Shown here in pieces: positions 46,753-55,906 of a stretch of 64,000 bases of DNA (position 1 is its first letter; each line of letters begins with the position of its first letter). This DNA is from an uncultured Nitrososphaerota archaeon (lineage in GTDB: Archaea; Korarchaeota; Korarchaeia; Korarchaeales; Korarchaeaceae). Made by a program: the position numbers and the translations under genes. The notes under the pieces are model-generated. The model saw only the letters and a program-made list of their open reading frames with translations. It was not told where the DNA came from and searched no databases. The DNA is taken from contig CAZQNA010000005.1 in the NCBI GenBank assembly GCA_964594835.1, forward strand, positions 99,771 through 163,770. Reading direction: 5' to 3'.

Positions 46753-47445
46753 CTACCCGCGCCGCCCGAGCCCCAGCCTTAGCCTTACGACGGTGCTCAG
46801 GAAGCGGTATATGTCCCTGGCGGCCCTGATCTTGGACCTCTCCCCGGCGTATATCGTGCTGACGGGGACCTCGGCAAACCTCATCCCGGCCTCGGCCAGC
46901 CTCACCAGGGACTCCGTCTCCCCCTCGTACCCCGCCCCCTTCACCCGCAGCAGGACCTCGGCGGCCGCCCTCCCGTAGGCCCTGAACCCGCACTGCGAGT
47001 CCCTCACCCTGACCCCGAAGAGGGCCCTCAGGAGGCCCGTCGTGATCAGGTTCGAGAGCCTCCTGACTGCGGGCATCCCCTCCCGCGACCTGAACCCGAG
47101 GGCCACGTCCGCCCCCGATAGGGCCGCCAGGAGGTGGGGGATCTCCTCGGGGGGGTGCTGCCCGTCTGCGTCGAGGGTGACCACGACTTCGGCGCCCGCC
47201 CGGAGGGCCTCCTCGACGCCGTCCCGCAGCGCGGCCCACTTGCCCATGTTGACCGGGTGGACCAGGACCGAGGCCCCCGCCCCCCTGGCCTCTTGGGCCG
47301 TCCGGTCGGAGCTCCCGTCGTCTACCACTATCACGAGGTCGACGAAATTCCTCGCCCTCGCGACGACGTCCCCGATCCTCCCCTCCTCGTTGTACGCCGG
47401 GATGACGGCCACGACCTTCCGGCGGACCTCCCGTTCGACGGACAA
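46753..47445 (-). CDS. family 2 glycosyltransferase (dolichyl-phosphate sugar synthase-like)
   Basis: VVAVIPAYNEE, VVDDGSSD, LDADGQH motifs; TTG at 47445 proposed; ORF-track 5' extension rejected. Confidence 0.78.
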   Translation of the reverse strand: MSVEREVRRKVVAVIPAYNEEGRIGDVVARARNFVDLVIVVDDGSSDRTAQEARGAGASVLVHPVNMGKWAALRDGVEEALRAGAEVVVTLDADGQHPPEEIPHLLAALSGADVALGFRSREGMPAVRRLSNLITTGLLRALFGVRVRDSQCGFRAYGRAAAEVLLRVKGAGYEGETESLVRLAEAGMRFAEVPVSTIYAGERSKIRAARDIYRFLSTVVRLRLGLGRRG

Positions 47446-47471
47446 GGGCCCCGGGCGCAGGGACCTCACCC

Positions 47472-47482
47472 GAAATATAATG
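47472..47482. promoter_or_regulatory. bidirectional TATA element GAAATATAATG shared by the divergent GT2 (-) and HAD (+) genes
   Basis: 26-33 nt upstream of both proposed start codons (47445 and 47504). Confidence 0.55.
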
Positions 47483-47503
47483 TATGGGCGGGCCCGTCGC
47501 TGG

Positions 47504-48310
47504 ATGCCCACGCTCGCCGAGAGGTACGACGGATACCTGGTCGACCTCGACGGAGTCCTCTGGGCCGGGTCCAAGGTGTTCCCGGAGGCTGTCGGGGCGG
47601 TCAACAGGCTCCACTCGATGGGGAAGGCCGTGGTGTTCCTCACCAACAACTCCACCAGGAGCAGGTCGCAGTACGTCCAGAGGCTCAGGTCCGTCGGCGT
47701 CGGGTGGGCGGAGGAGGGAGACGTGGTCAACAGTGGATACGCCACCTCCAGGTACCTCGTCGAGAGGTACGGGAGGCTGAGCGTCTTTCCGGTCGGGGAC
47801 ACCGGGCTGTGCGTGGAGCTGGTTCTTCAGGGCCACTCCCTGGTCTCCCAGGCCGACTGCTGGACCGCTGAGGTTGACGCGGTCGTCGTGGGCATGGACC
47901 CCTCGCTGACCTACTCCAAGCTGGGGGCCGCGGCCGAGGCGATAAGGAGGGGAGCCCTGTTCGTCGCCACAAACCCGGACAAGACCTTCCCCACCGAGAG
48001 GGGGCTGATGCCAGGGGCCGGAACCATGCTCGCGGCCCTGGAGGCCGCGTCCGGGAGGGAGCCCGAGATAAACGTGGGGAAGCCCCACAGGCCCATCTTC
48101 GAGGTCGCCCTTCAGGCCCTGGGCGTGGAGCCGGAGAGGGTGCTGGTGATCGGAGACAGGCTCGACACAGACGTCGCGGGGGCCAGGGCCGTGGGGCTCG
48201 ACTCAGCGCTGGTGCTCACCGGCGTCGCTGGCGAGGGAGACCTGAAGGGCGCCCGTGAGAGGCCGAATCACGTCCTGAGAACCCTAGGCGACCTGTTCTC
48301 TCTACCCTGA
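47504..48310 (+). CDS. HAD-IIA family hydrolase (NagD-like phosphatase)
   Basis: LVDLDGVL motif I, FLTNNS motif II, GDRLDTD motif IV. Confidence 0.85.
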   Translation: MPTLAERYDGYLVDLDGVLWAGSKVFPEAVGAVNRLHSMGKAVVFLTNNSTRSRSQYVQRLRSVGVGWAEEGDVVNSGYATSRYLVERYGRLSVFPVGDTGLCVELVLQGHSLVSQADCWTAEVDAVVVGMDPSLTYSKLGAAAEAIRRGALFVATNPDKTFPTERGLMPGAGTMLAALEAASGREPEINVGKPHRPIFEVALQALGVEPERVLVIGDRLDTDVAGARAVGLDSALVLTGVAGEGDLKGARERPNHVLRTLGDLFSLP

Positions 48311-48321
48311 CGTCGGTCTCC

Positions 48322-49317
48322 TCAGGGGGCGTGGAAGGTCCCGACGACGGAGGCCTCGGAGGGCTGCACCGAGCCGTCGGAGTTCAAGTCCTCCCACAGG
48401 AGGACGATGCCGGTGTCCGGGCCCAGGCTGCCCACGTTCTCGCTCAGCCAGACCAGGGCGGCCCAGGTCCCGTACCTCGTGCATCCCATCGCCCCCGCCA
48501 CGTACCTCATCCTCTCTCGATAGGTGAAGACGACCGCGTAGTCCCTCTTTGCCCAGTCAGAGCCCGAGACTGAGTAGGTCTGGTCCAGAGGCCTGACCTC
48601 CATCATTATCGTCCCGCCGGCCTTCGAGAAGTAGACCCCCATGTGCGACGCTGCCGCCTTGGCGGGGTTTATCACGGCCTGCCCCGCGTGCGCGAAGGGA
48701 CCACCGACGACCACGTACGAGGCCTTCTCTGGGAGGGATCTCACCACTGCCCCTCCCATCGACGCCGAGAACTGCTCCGCGCGCTGCTCGTCGACGTCGG
48801 ACCCCACGAGGAGGTAGGGGTACCTCCCCGTCCCCCCGAGGACTCCCCCCAGCATGGAGCAGAGGGTCTCACCCCCGGGGCTGCCCTGCTGGGCCAGGAC
48901 CACCTTGGAGGAGGAGTCCAGGACGAACCACGTCGGGGTCGCCCTCAGCTGGAAGGCCCCCACCAGCTCGCTGGTCCCGTCGGCGTACTTCCAGCCCTCC
49001 GCCCCCACGGAGAGGAACAGCTCGTAGTCGGCGTTGGGGTCTCCGCTGACGCCCACGGCAACTACGACGTAGTTCAGGGGGGTCCTGCAGGCCTTGAGGG
49101 CCTGGGCCATCCTGGGAAGGTCGGTCCTGCAGTGGGGGCAGTTGTGCTGGAAGAAGACGAGGACGACGGCGTCCCACCCCAGGTCCTCCGATGATATGTG
49201 GGTCCCGTCCCTGGTCGTGAGCGAGAAGTCGACCTTCTGACCCACGCTAGGCAGGGCCGACAGGGCGGCGGCCTGGATGAGCACCAGCGCCACGAGCGCC
49301 GCGGCCGAGGATCGCAT
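48322..49317 (-). CDS. secreted thioredoxin-like (TlpA/ResA-type) protein with a C-terminal domain of unknown function
   Basis: Signal peptide MRSSAAALVALVLIQAAALSALPS; CPHC active site; ORF-track 141-aa N-terminal extension rejected. Confidence 0.68.
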   Translation of the reverse strand: MRSSAAALVALVLIQAAALSALPSVGQKVDFSLTTRDGTHISSEDLGWDAVVLVFFQHNCPHCRTDLPRMAQALKACRTPLNYVVVAVGVSGDPNADYELFLSVGAEGWKYADGTSELVGAFQLRATPTWFVLDSSSKVVLAQQGSPGGETLCSMLGGVLGGTGRYPYLLVGSDVDEQRAEQFSASMGGAVVRSLPEKASYVVVGGPFAHAGQAVINPAKAAASHMGVYFSKAGGTIMMEVRPLDQTYSVSGSDWAKRDYAVVFTYRERMRYVAGAMGCTRYGTWAALVWLSENVGSLGPDTGIVLLWEDLNSDGSVQPSEASVVGTFHAP

Positions 49318-49425
49318 CGGGTCTGGCGGCTCCCCCCTGTATTTAACGTGTCGCGGTCTCCGGTCGAATCGGATCCCGGAGGAGGTGCGCGCCCCGACTT
49401 GGACCCGAGCGGGCGGAGCGTAGTC

Positions 49426-50220
49426 GTGAGGCCGGTCTTCGCCAGGTCGGCCCTCACCCGCAGCAGGATAGAGGGGATAGACTACGCCGTCAATCCGTAC
49501 TACGGCTGCCTGCACGGGTGCAGGTACTGCTACGCCGCGTGGATCACCAGGAGGAGGTTCCCCGATCACGTCTGGGGGCTCCACGTGCACCCGAAGGTCA
49601 ACGTCCACCGACTCCTGGACAGGGAGCTCTCCTCGGCCAGGCCGGGGCTGGTCGAGGTGGGCACGTCCACGGACCCCTACCAGCCCGTCGAGGCGAGGTT
49701 CGAGCTGACCAGGAGGTGTCTCGAGGTCCTCCTGCGTCACCCCGGGTTTGATGTCTCCCTGTTGACGAAGTCCCCACTCATCCTGAGGGACATCGATCTC
49801 CTGAAGCGCCTGGACGCGGAGGTGGGCTTCTCCCTGAGCGGCTTCGGTGGGGCGATTGGGGTCCTGGAGCCCCGAGCCCCGCCCACCGAGGCCAGGCTGG
49901 CCGCGCTCCGGAGGGCGTCCTCCGAGGGGCTGAGGACCTTCGCCTTCCTGGCGCCAGTCCTTCCGGGAATAACCGACAGGCAGATCTCAATCCTCCTCAG
50001 GGCGATCGCCGACGCGAGGCCGCTGAGGGTTTTGGTTGATGCCCTGAGGTTCAGGCCCGGGGTTTCCAGCTCCCTAAGGGTTGCCTTGGCCGGACGGGCC
50101 GACCTCGCCGAGGAGCTGAAGGCCTACGCGGCCGACCAGGCTGGCTGGCTCCGCAGGTTCAGGGAGAGGGCCGAAGAGGCGGCGGAGGGGTTGGGCCTAT
50201 CCCTGGAGTTCCTCTTCTGA
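49426..50220 (+). CDS. radical SAM protein, SplB/DNA-repair-photolyase-like (COG1533)
   Basis: NPYYGCLHGCRYCYA cluster; GTG start proposed. Confidence 0.72.
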   Translation: MRPVFARSALTRSRIEGIDYAVNPYYGCLHGCRYCYAAWITRRRFPDHVWGLHVHPKVNVHRLLDRELSSARPGLVEVGTSTDPYQPVEARFELTRRCLEVLLRHPGFDVSLLTKSPLILRDIDLLKRLDAEVGFSLSGFGGAIGVLEPRAPPTEARLAALRRASSEGLRTFAFLAPVLPGITDRQISILLRAIADARPLRVLVDALRFRPGVSSSLRVALAGRADLAEELKAYAADQAGWLRRFRERAEEAAEGLGLSLEFLF

Positions 50221-50233
50221 TCCGAGGAGCCTC

Positions 50234-50467
50234 TCAGGCCTGAGAGGCGTGCATGAGATAGCTCCTGACCAGTCTAAGCCCAGGGAGCACGGTTCTGCCC
50301 GTCACGAGCGCCGGCGTGACCGCCGTGCCGATCGACTGGACGAGGTAGGGGGCCACCCTGGGATCGTCGGCGTAGACGACCTTCACGTCGAGTCCCAGAG
50401 ACCTTATCAGCCTCAGGGCCTCCTGGCTCTCTGGCTGCTCCCTCCTAACCAGCAGGATTATGGTCAC
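50234..50467 (-). CDS. small glutaredoxin/NrdH-fold protein lacking CxxC (putative)
   Basis: 77 aa; fold-like pattern but REQPES where CxxC is expected. Confidence 0.35.
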   Translation of the reverse strand: MTIILLVRREQPESQEALRLIRSLGLDVKVVYADDPRVAPYLVQSIGTAVTPALVTGRTVLPGLRLVRSYLMHASQA

Positions 50468-50556
50468 GGATCGATCGGGCCTCGGGAGAGAGATAAGGTG
50501 GACGGGGTGGGCTTCAGGTCCGATACCTTCATTTTCTGCCGCCCGGCCGGCCGCGC

Positions 50557-51717
50557 GTGCAGGTGGAGAGGAGGGTCGTGATATTCTCGGGCCCCGCGGG
50601 GAGCGGGACCTACGAGAGGATGCTCGAGGCTGCGCGGCTGGCCGAGGAGTGGGGCTACGAGGTCAGGGTCGAGAGGCTGTTCGACAGGATGGCCAGGGTG
50701 GCGAAGGAGAGGTACGGCCTCGAGATAACTGAGGAGAACGTTTTGAACCTCTTGAGGGAGAGGCTGATCTCCATAAGGAGGGAGGCCGTCGAGGAGATCC
50801 GCCAGGAGATCGAGAGGGATCCTGGATTCTACATGGTGAGGTCCCCCGCGACCTTCTTCTGGGGAGGGACTCTGATAACTGGCCTCGACCTAGACGACGT
50901 CATGAGGCTCAGGCCGGACGCCTTCGTCGTGGTCGTCGACGACATCATGCCTGTCAGGGAGAGGCTCGAGGCCGACCCAGAGTGGAGGACTCAGAGGTTT
51001 TCCCTGAGGGACCTAGCCTCCTGGAGGGAGCAGGAGACCATGCTCGTTGAGGAACTGGCCAGGTGGACCAAGGCAGAGTTCTACGTGATCGCAAGGGCTC
51101 ACCCGCCCCGGGTCTTCGCGGACATAGTGGTCCACCCCGAGAAGCCCAAGGCCTACATCAGCTTCCCCATGACCCACGTGCCGCCCGACGTCTACCGGGA
51201 GTTCGAGGCCAGGAAGGAGAGGTTCGTGGACGAGCTGGACGAGCTTGGGGTGGTGGTGTTCGACCCGGCCACCATGGCCGAGGGCGTGATCCTGTCCAAG
51301 CTGGAGGAGTACGAGAACAGGGCCAGGTCTGAGGGCAGGGAGCCCGATCCAGACGAGGAGATAGAGATAGCTGTCAGCTACGGTCGAGAGGAGGCCGTGT
51401 ACAGGTACACATATCAGGAGCTGGCCTCGGTGGACCCGCTGATCGAGGGTCAGATCGTGAAGAGGGACTTCGCCATGATAGAGTCGGCGAACATGGTGAT
51501 AGTCTACAACCCGCTGGGAATCCCCTCCCCGGGCGTGGCCTGCGAGATGATGTACGCCCACAAGGTTCTGGGGAGGGACGTCTACCTCATATGGGGGAGG
51601 GAGGGGAGGCCGAGCCCGTTCTACACGGCCTTCTGCAACAAGAGGTTCTCCACGCCGGACGAGTTCCTGGACTACGCGAGGACCCACGTCAGGCCCAGGT
51701 GGGGCGGCATGGGCTGA
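50557..51717 (+). CDS. two-domain protein: degenerate P-loop-like N-terminal domain + nucleoside 2-deoxyribosyltransferase-like C-terminal domain
   Basis: N-terminal VVIFSGPAGSGTYERM (Walker A-like, K/T replaced by T/Y); C-terminal KAYISFPMTH...ESANMVIVYNP...PGVACEMMYAHKVLGRDVYLIW resembles the NDT/DNPH1 Rossmann pattern. Confidence 0.5.
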   Translation: MQVERRVVIFSGPAGSGTYERMLEAARLAEEWGYEVRVERLFDRMARVAKERYGLEITEENVLNLLRERLISIRREAVEEIRQEIERDPGFYMVRSPATFFWGGTLITGLDLDDVMRLRPDAFVVVVDDIMPVRERLEADPEWRTQRFSLRDLASWREQETMLVEELARWTKAEFYVIARAHPPRVFADIVVHPEKPKAYISFPMTHVPPDVYREFEARKERFVDELDELGVVVFDPATMAEGVILSKLEEYENRARSEGREPDPDEEIEIAVSYGREEAVYRYTYQELASVDPLIEGQIVKRDFAMIESANMVIVYNPLGIPSPGVACEMMYAHKVLGRDVYLIWGREGRPSPFYTAFCNKRFSTPDEFLDYARTHVRPRWGGMG

Positions 51718-51729
51718 GGCCCGGGGCGC

Positions 51730-52509
51730 TCACCCCTCCACCGACACCACCTTGTAGTCCACGTAGGAGGACCTCAGATAGGCGGCCCTCACCGCCCGAG
51801 ACAGGAGCTTTGCCAGGAACAGCGGGCCGGCGAACAGGCCGAGCAGGGCTATGTCCGAGTACCCGGCCGCGTCGACAAGCCAGTTCCACCCGGCGTGGAG
51901 GACGACCGCCCCGCCGTACCACCTGAGCAGCCTCGTGCCCCCCTCCCCGGAGAACTTCAGCCTGCCCAACCCCAGGCCCATGACGCTGGAGTCTGCCGCG
52001 TGGCCGACGGTCGACATGAGGCCCCTCCCGGTGGCCACGATGGCCCACCCCTCGATTCCCATCTCGCTGAGCCCACCCAGGCCCGCGAAGAGGTTCTCAA
52101 CCCAGGCGAACCCCATGGCGCTCGTGGCGGCGTAGAACATCACGTCGAGCTCGTCGTCCACCTCCGCGCTCATCCAGAGCGCGTAGAGGCCCAGGGGTTT
52201 CACGAGCTCTTCGATCATCGGGGCTACCAGGACGCCGTCCACGAGGGGGCTGCCGGTCTCGAGGGCTATCTCTGCCAGGATGGCCGGTATCACGCTGATC
52301 GCGCCGATCAGGAAGGCGGCACCTATGGTCCTGAGGGGCTCGGGCTCCCTGTAGTCCCAGCTCCTGACGTACGCCACCCAGGCCAGGGTCGGCAGCAGCG
52401 AGCCGAGGCAGACGGCCGACGCCTCATCCAGGATACCCGCGTATCCCAGTACGACCGTCGCCAGGAACGCGGCCAGGGTGACTAGGGTCCACCTGGGTAT
52501 CCGCGACAC
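51730..52509 (-). CDS. PrsW family intramembrane metalloprotease
   Basis: MIEELVKP (EExxK) and VLHAGWNW (HxxxN) motifs, multiple TM. Confidence 0.7.
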   Translation of the reverse strand: MSRIPRWTLVTLAAFLATVVLGYAGILDEASAVCLGSLLPTLAWVAYVRSWDYREPEPLRTIGAAFLIGAISVIPAILAEIALETGSPLVDGVLVAPMIEELVKPLGLYALWMSAEVDDELDVMFYAATSAMGFAWVENLFAGLGGLSEMGIEGWAIVATGRGLMSTVGHAADSSVMGLGLGRLKFSGEGGTRLLRWYGGAVVLHAGWNWLVDAAGYSDIALLGLFAGPLFLAKLLSRAVRAAYLRSSYVDYKVVSVEG

Positions 52510-52548
52510 CTCGGGTCCGCCGCCGACTCCGGTTAATTAAGCGGAGCG

Positions 52549-52851
52549 GTGGGATGGTGGATGCCCGACGTGTGGGTCACTGTGGAGAGGGTCGAGGGGA
52601 GGTGCCCCGTTCACTCGGAGGGAGACAGGTTCGTCGTGAGGGGAGGCTTCTCGGTGGACTCGCAGGGTGGGGCGATCTGCCTTCACGCCCTGCTGGGGAT
52701 GGCCGCAATTCTCTGGGCCCTTGGGCACGGCCACGACCCCCAGGAGCTCTCCCTGGGTGACCCTCCCACCCTGTCCTGTCCGGACCCAGGCCCGCCCCTC
52801 TCCTGCGGCGGGAGGGTGCTGTTCAGGCTGGAGGTTGGGGGCGGGGGGTAA
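52549..52851 (+). CDS. TIGR04076-like small cysteine-containing protein
   Basis: GRCPVHSEGDRFVV and GGAICLHALLGM motifs; TTAATTAA box at 52534-52541 in the divergent promoter with PrsW. Confidence 0.5.
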   Translation: MGWWMPDVWVTVERVEGRCPVHSEGDRFVVRGGFSVDSQGGAICLHALLGMAAILWALGHGHDPQELSLGDPPTLSCPDPGPPLSCGGRVLFRLEVGGGG

Positions 52852-52907
52852 ACTTTGTCGCCGCGTCCCGGGGATAGCCGGCGGCGCTCCCCGCTCTCGG
52901 GGATCCG

Positions 52908-54020
52908 ATGAGCGGGAGGAGTCGGGCGGCCGTCGTGCTGGCGGCCCTGGCCGCGGTTCCCCTCTGGGCGGCGGCCTCCAGCCCCTCGTACTCCCTCGGC
53001 GTCACGGTCTCACCCAGCGAGGTGGAGGTAGGGGGCTCCATCACCACCTCGGTGAGCATCACGGTCGACGGGCTGGAGTCGGGCACGGTGTACGCCACCA
53101 TGTGGACCAGGGACCCCGGAGGGCGGGAGAGGTACTACGATCAGTCCCCCCAGTGGACCCACGCCGACGTCCCTGTGAGCTACAGGAACTCGTGGACGCT
53201 CAGGGCAGACAGGCCCGGCACGTGGACTTCCTGCGTCAGGCTCGTGTTCGACGGGGACGCCCCCGACGGGAGCGGGTATCAGACGATAACGAGGTGCGCC
53301 TCCACCGAGGTTTCTGACGGAGACGCGGGCGGCAGCGGGAGCGACTCCGACCAGGGCGGTGGCGGCGGCAGCGGGGCCAGCGGAAGGACTGCCACGAGGC
53401 TGACCGCGGCGGCGAGCCCCAACCCGGTCGAGCCGGGTGAGCAGTTCACAGTGACGGGAGGCCTGTTCGAGGCCGACCAGGCCGACTGGTGGAATCACCC
53501 CATAGGCGGGGCCAGCGTGAGGGTCTCCTTCGGGGGCAGGACCGAGGTGGCGACGACCTCCGCGGACGGCGGGTGGGGAGTCTCGTTCACCGCACCCTCG
53601 GAGGAGGGAACCTACACCGTGACCGTGAGCTTCTCGGGCGACTCCTCTCACTCTCCCAGCTCGGAGAGGGTCACGGTCAGGGTCAGGAGATCCCCCTCCA
53701 GGAGGTCGTGCTCCCTGGAGCTGAGGTTTCCGGCCAGGGTCCACGTCGGGGACACCATCGAGTTGACCGTCGTGTTGAGGGACTCAGCCACGGGCCAAGA
53801 GATCAGGGGCAGGCCTGTTACCCTCTACCTGGACGCAAACGACGTTCGAGTCGAGTCGGGGTCCACCTTCACGCTCCAGGCCGTGAGGGCGGGGACCATA
53901 GACGTTGGAGCGAGGTTCGCGGGAGACGACTTGTACGAGGAGGCCTACGCGCCCGGCGGCCTGATAGAGGTTTGGACCAGGCCTGAGATCACGATAGTCA
54001 GGGTCGGGGCGGGAGGCTGA
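52908..54020 (+). CDS. secreted cell-surface protein (Ig-like/CARDB-like repeats)
   Basis: Signal peptide; Gly/Ser/Asp linker; C-terminal EVWTRPEITIVRVGAGG. Confidence 0.62.
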   Translation: MSGRSRAAVVLAALAAVPLWAAASSPSYSLGVTVSPSEVEVGGSITTSVSITVDGLESGTVYATMWTRDPGGRERYYDQSPQWTHADVPVSYRNSWTLRADRPGTWTSCVRLVFDGDAPDGSGYQTITRCASTEVSDGDAGGSGSDSDQGGGGGSGASGRTATRLTAAASPNPVEPGEQFTVTGGLFEADQADWWNHPIGGASVRVSFGGRTEVATTSADGGWGVSFTAPSEEGTYTVTVSFSGDSSHSPSSERVTVRVRRSPSRRSCSLELRFPARVHVGDTIELTVVLRDSATGQEIRGRPVTLYLDANDVRVESGSTFTLQAVRAGTIDVGARFAGDDLYEEAYAPGGLIEVWTRPEITIVRVGAGG

Positions 54021-54025
54021 TTCGC

Positions 54026-54688
54026 TTGTCTTCTCGTCTGAGGGGAGTCGTGGCCGCCTCCCTGATAGCGCTGTCCTTCGTGGCTGTCCAGGCCCTGGCC
54101 CAGTCCAGGGTCTACCGCGGCGAGGTGCTCTCGGTCGTCGGGGTCGTCAGGGACGAGCTGGGAAACCCTGTGGCCGGAGCGACGGTCCAGCTTCTGAACG
54201 GCGGGGACGTACTGGCTTCGACGAGTACGGGGCCCGACGGGAGCTTCACCCTCTCGTGGAGGGTCCCCTCCGACTTCCCGCTCGGACCCAAGACGCTGAC
54301 CGTGGCGGTCCCGGAGCAGCCCGACCTGTACGTCGAGTCGTCTTCAACCTCGGTGTCTGTAGAGGTGTGGGCGCTGGTGACGATCGAGGCGGAGGGCCCG
54401 GGGAGGGTTCACAGAGGAGAGAGCGTGAGGGTCCAGGGGAGGGTAGAGGGCGTGACCTCTGGGACTGTCGAACTCAGGAGGGGATCCAGCGTTCTGGCGA
54501 CCGGGTCAGTGAGCGGCGGTCGCTTCTCGCTCTCCTTCACGGTTCCGAGCGGGTGGGAGAGGGGACCCATAAGCCTGACCGTTACACCCGCGGGAGGGGG
54601 AGACTACACGGAGGTGAGGGGGACGTCCCTCAGGATGGAGCTCTGGGTCCGTCCGACGATCGAGATAGTCTCCGTCGAGGGCGGCTGA
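54026..54688 (+). CDS. secreted protein with carboxypeptidase-regulatory-like domain
   Basis: Signal peptide; GVVRDELGNPVAGATVQLLNG...GPDGSFTL; C-terminal ELWVRPTIEIVSVEGG. Confidence 0.62.
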   Translation: MSSRLRGVVAASLIALSFVAVQALAQSRVYRGEVLSVVGVVRDELGNPVAGATVQLLNGGDVLASTSTGPDGSFTLSWRVPSDFPLGPKTLTVAVPEQPDLYVESSSTSVSVEVWALVTIEAEGPGRVHRGESVRVQGRVEGVTSGTVELRRGSSVLATGSVSGGRFSLSFTVPSGWERGPISLTVTPAGGGDYTEVRGTSLRMELWVRPTIEIVSVEGG

Positions 54689-54689
54689 G

Positions 54690-55898
54690 ATGACGCGAAG
54701 CAGGGCGGCCCTGGCCGCGGCCCTCTCAGTCTTTGCCCTCGCACCCTCTCTGGCGGCCGCGGCCCCCCAGGTGGTTCGGGGTCAGGTGGTGAGGATCACG
54801 GTCAGGGTGACCGACGAGCTGGGCTCTCCCCTCAGCGGAGTCCGGGTGCACCTCCTCGACGAGACTGAGGGGGCGCACCTGGGGTCCGACGACACGGACC
54901 CGAGCGGCCTCGCGACGCTGCCATGGGACACGTCCGGCGCCAGGCCCGGCAGCCACGAGCTCGTCTTGCGGGTCGAGGAGGGGGATTACGTGGAGTCTGC
55001 CGTCGCGAGCCTCATGGTCGAGGTGCTCAAACCGGCGAGGCTCGCGCTCAGCGTGTCAGGACCGGCGGCCGTGCGCCCCGGCGAAAGAATCCAGCTCAGG
55101 GTCACGGTGTCCAACTCGGGGCAGGCCACGGTGCGAGACGCGGTCGTGAGGGTCGGACGCGAGGCCAGGTCTCTGGGAGACCTATCCGCGGGAGAATTCT
55201 CCGAGGCGGCCTTCTCCCTGACCGCCCCGGGGGAGCCTGGCGTCTACGAACTCTCGGTCGAGGCCTCCGGTCGAGAGTGGGGGACCGGGCGGATGATCTC
55301 CGAGACCTCCACATTCAGCTTCCGGGTGAGGACGGAGGGCGTGGGACTCGAGATCAGGGCCCCCCTCTCGGTCACGGTCGGGAGGCCGTTCACGTTCTCG
55401 CTCTCCGTCAGCAACGTGGGGGAGGATCCGGTCAACCTGTCCATCAGGGTTCACCTGAGCGGGGCCGCGCCCGCGCAGATAGAGGACTCGGTACTCCTGG
55501 GGTCGGGAGAGACCGAGGCGCTCGGCTACAGGGCCGCGGCCACCAGGGTCGGGGAAGTCCGTATCTTGGCCGTGGCGGAGGGAGGGGGGCTCAGGGCGGT
55601 TGACGAGGCGACCATACTCGCGATCCGAGAGCAGCACCCTCGCCCGTCAGCCACTCCACCCCCGAACCTCACACCGACGGTCCCCTCAAGCGAGGAGCCC
55701 CGTGAGGGTCCAGTCCCCAGCTGGGGGAACTCGACGCCGCGTCCATCGGTCGGACTCAGGGTGAACCTCTCCCTCGGGGACGACGCCGCCTGCGCCTCGC
55801 CCGCGGCCAGGGCAGGTCCCGCCTCGGCGGCCGGCTCCGGCATAGTGATGGCCGTCCTTGCGGTGATACGCGGGCTGTGGAGGGTGGAGGAGAGGTGA
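54690..55898 (+). CDS. cell-surface protein with carboxypeptidase-regulatory-like and CARDB-like domains, C-terminal TM anchor
   Basis: Signal peptide; VRVTDELGSPLSGVRVHLLD; S/P-rich stalk; C-terminal TM GIVMAVLAVIRGLW. Confidence 0.62.
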   Translation: MTRSRAALAAALSVFALAPSLAAAAPQVVRGQVVRITVRVTDELGSPLSGVRVHLLDETEGAHLGSDDTDPSGLATLPWDTSGARPGSHELVLRVEEGDYVESAVASLMVEVLKPARLALSVSGPAAVRPGERIQLRVTVSNSGQATVRDAVVRVGREARSLGDLSAGEFSEAAFSLTAPGEPGVYELSVEASGREWGTGRMISETSTFSFRVRTEGVGLEIRAPLSVTVGRPFTFSLSVSNVGEDPVNLSIRVHLSGAAPAQIEDSVLLGSGETEALGYRAAATRVGEVRILAVAEGGGLRAVDEATILAIREQHPRPSATPPPNLTPTVPSSEEPREGPVPSWGNSTPRPSVGLRVNLSLGDDAACASPAARAGPASAAGSGIVMAVLAVIRGLWRVEER

Positions 55899-55906
55899 GG
55901 CCGGTC

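Noticed and set aside
46592-48088. 498-aa minus-strand ORF spanning the GT2/HAD region
   Set aside because: Antisense to the HAD hydrolase and out of frame with the GT2 gene. Gly/Arg/Pro-rich composition.
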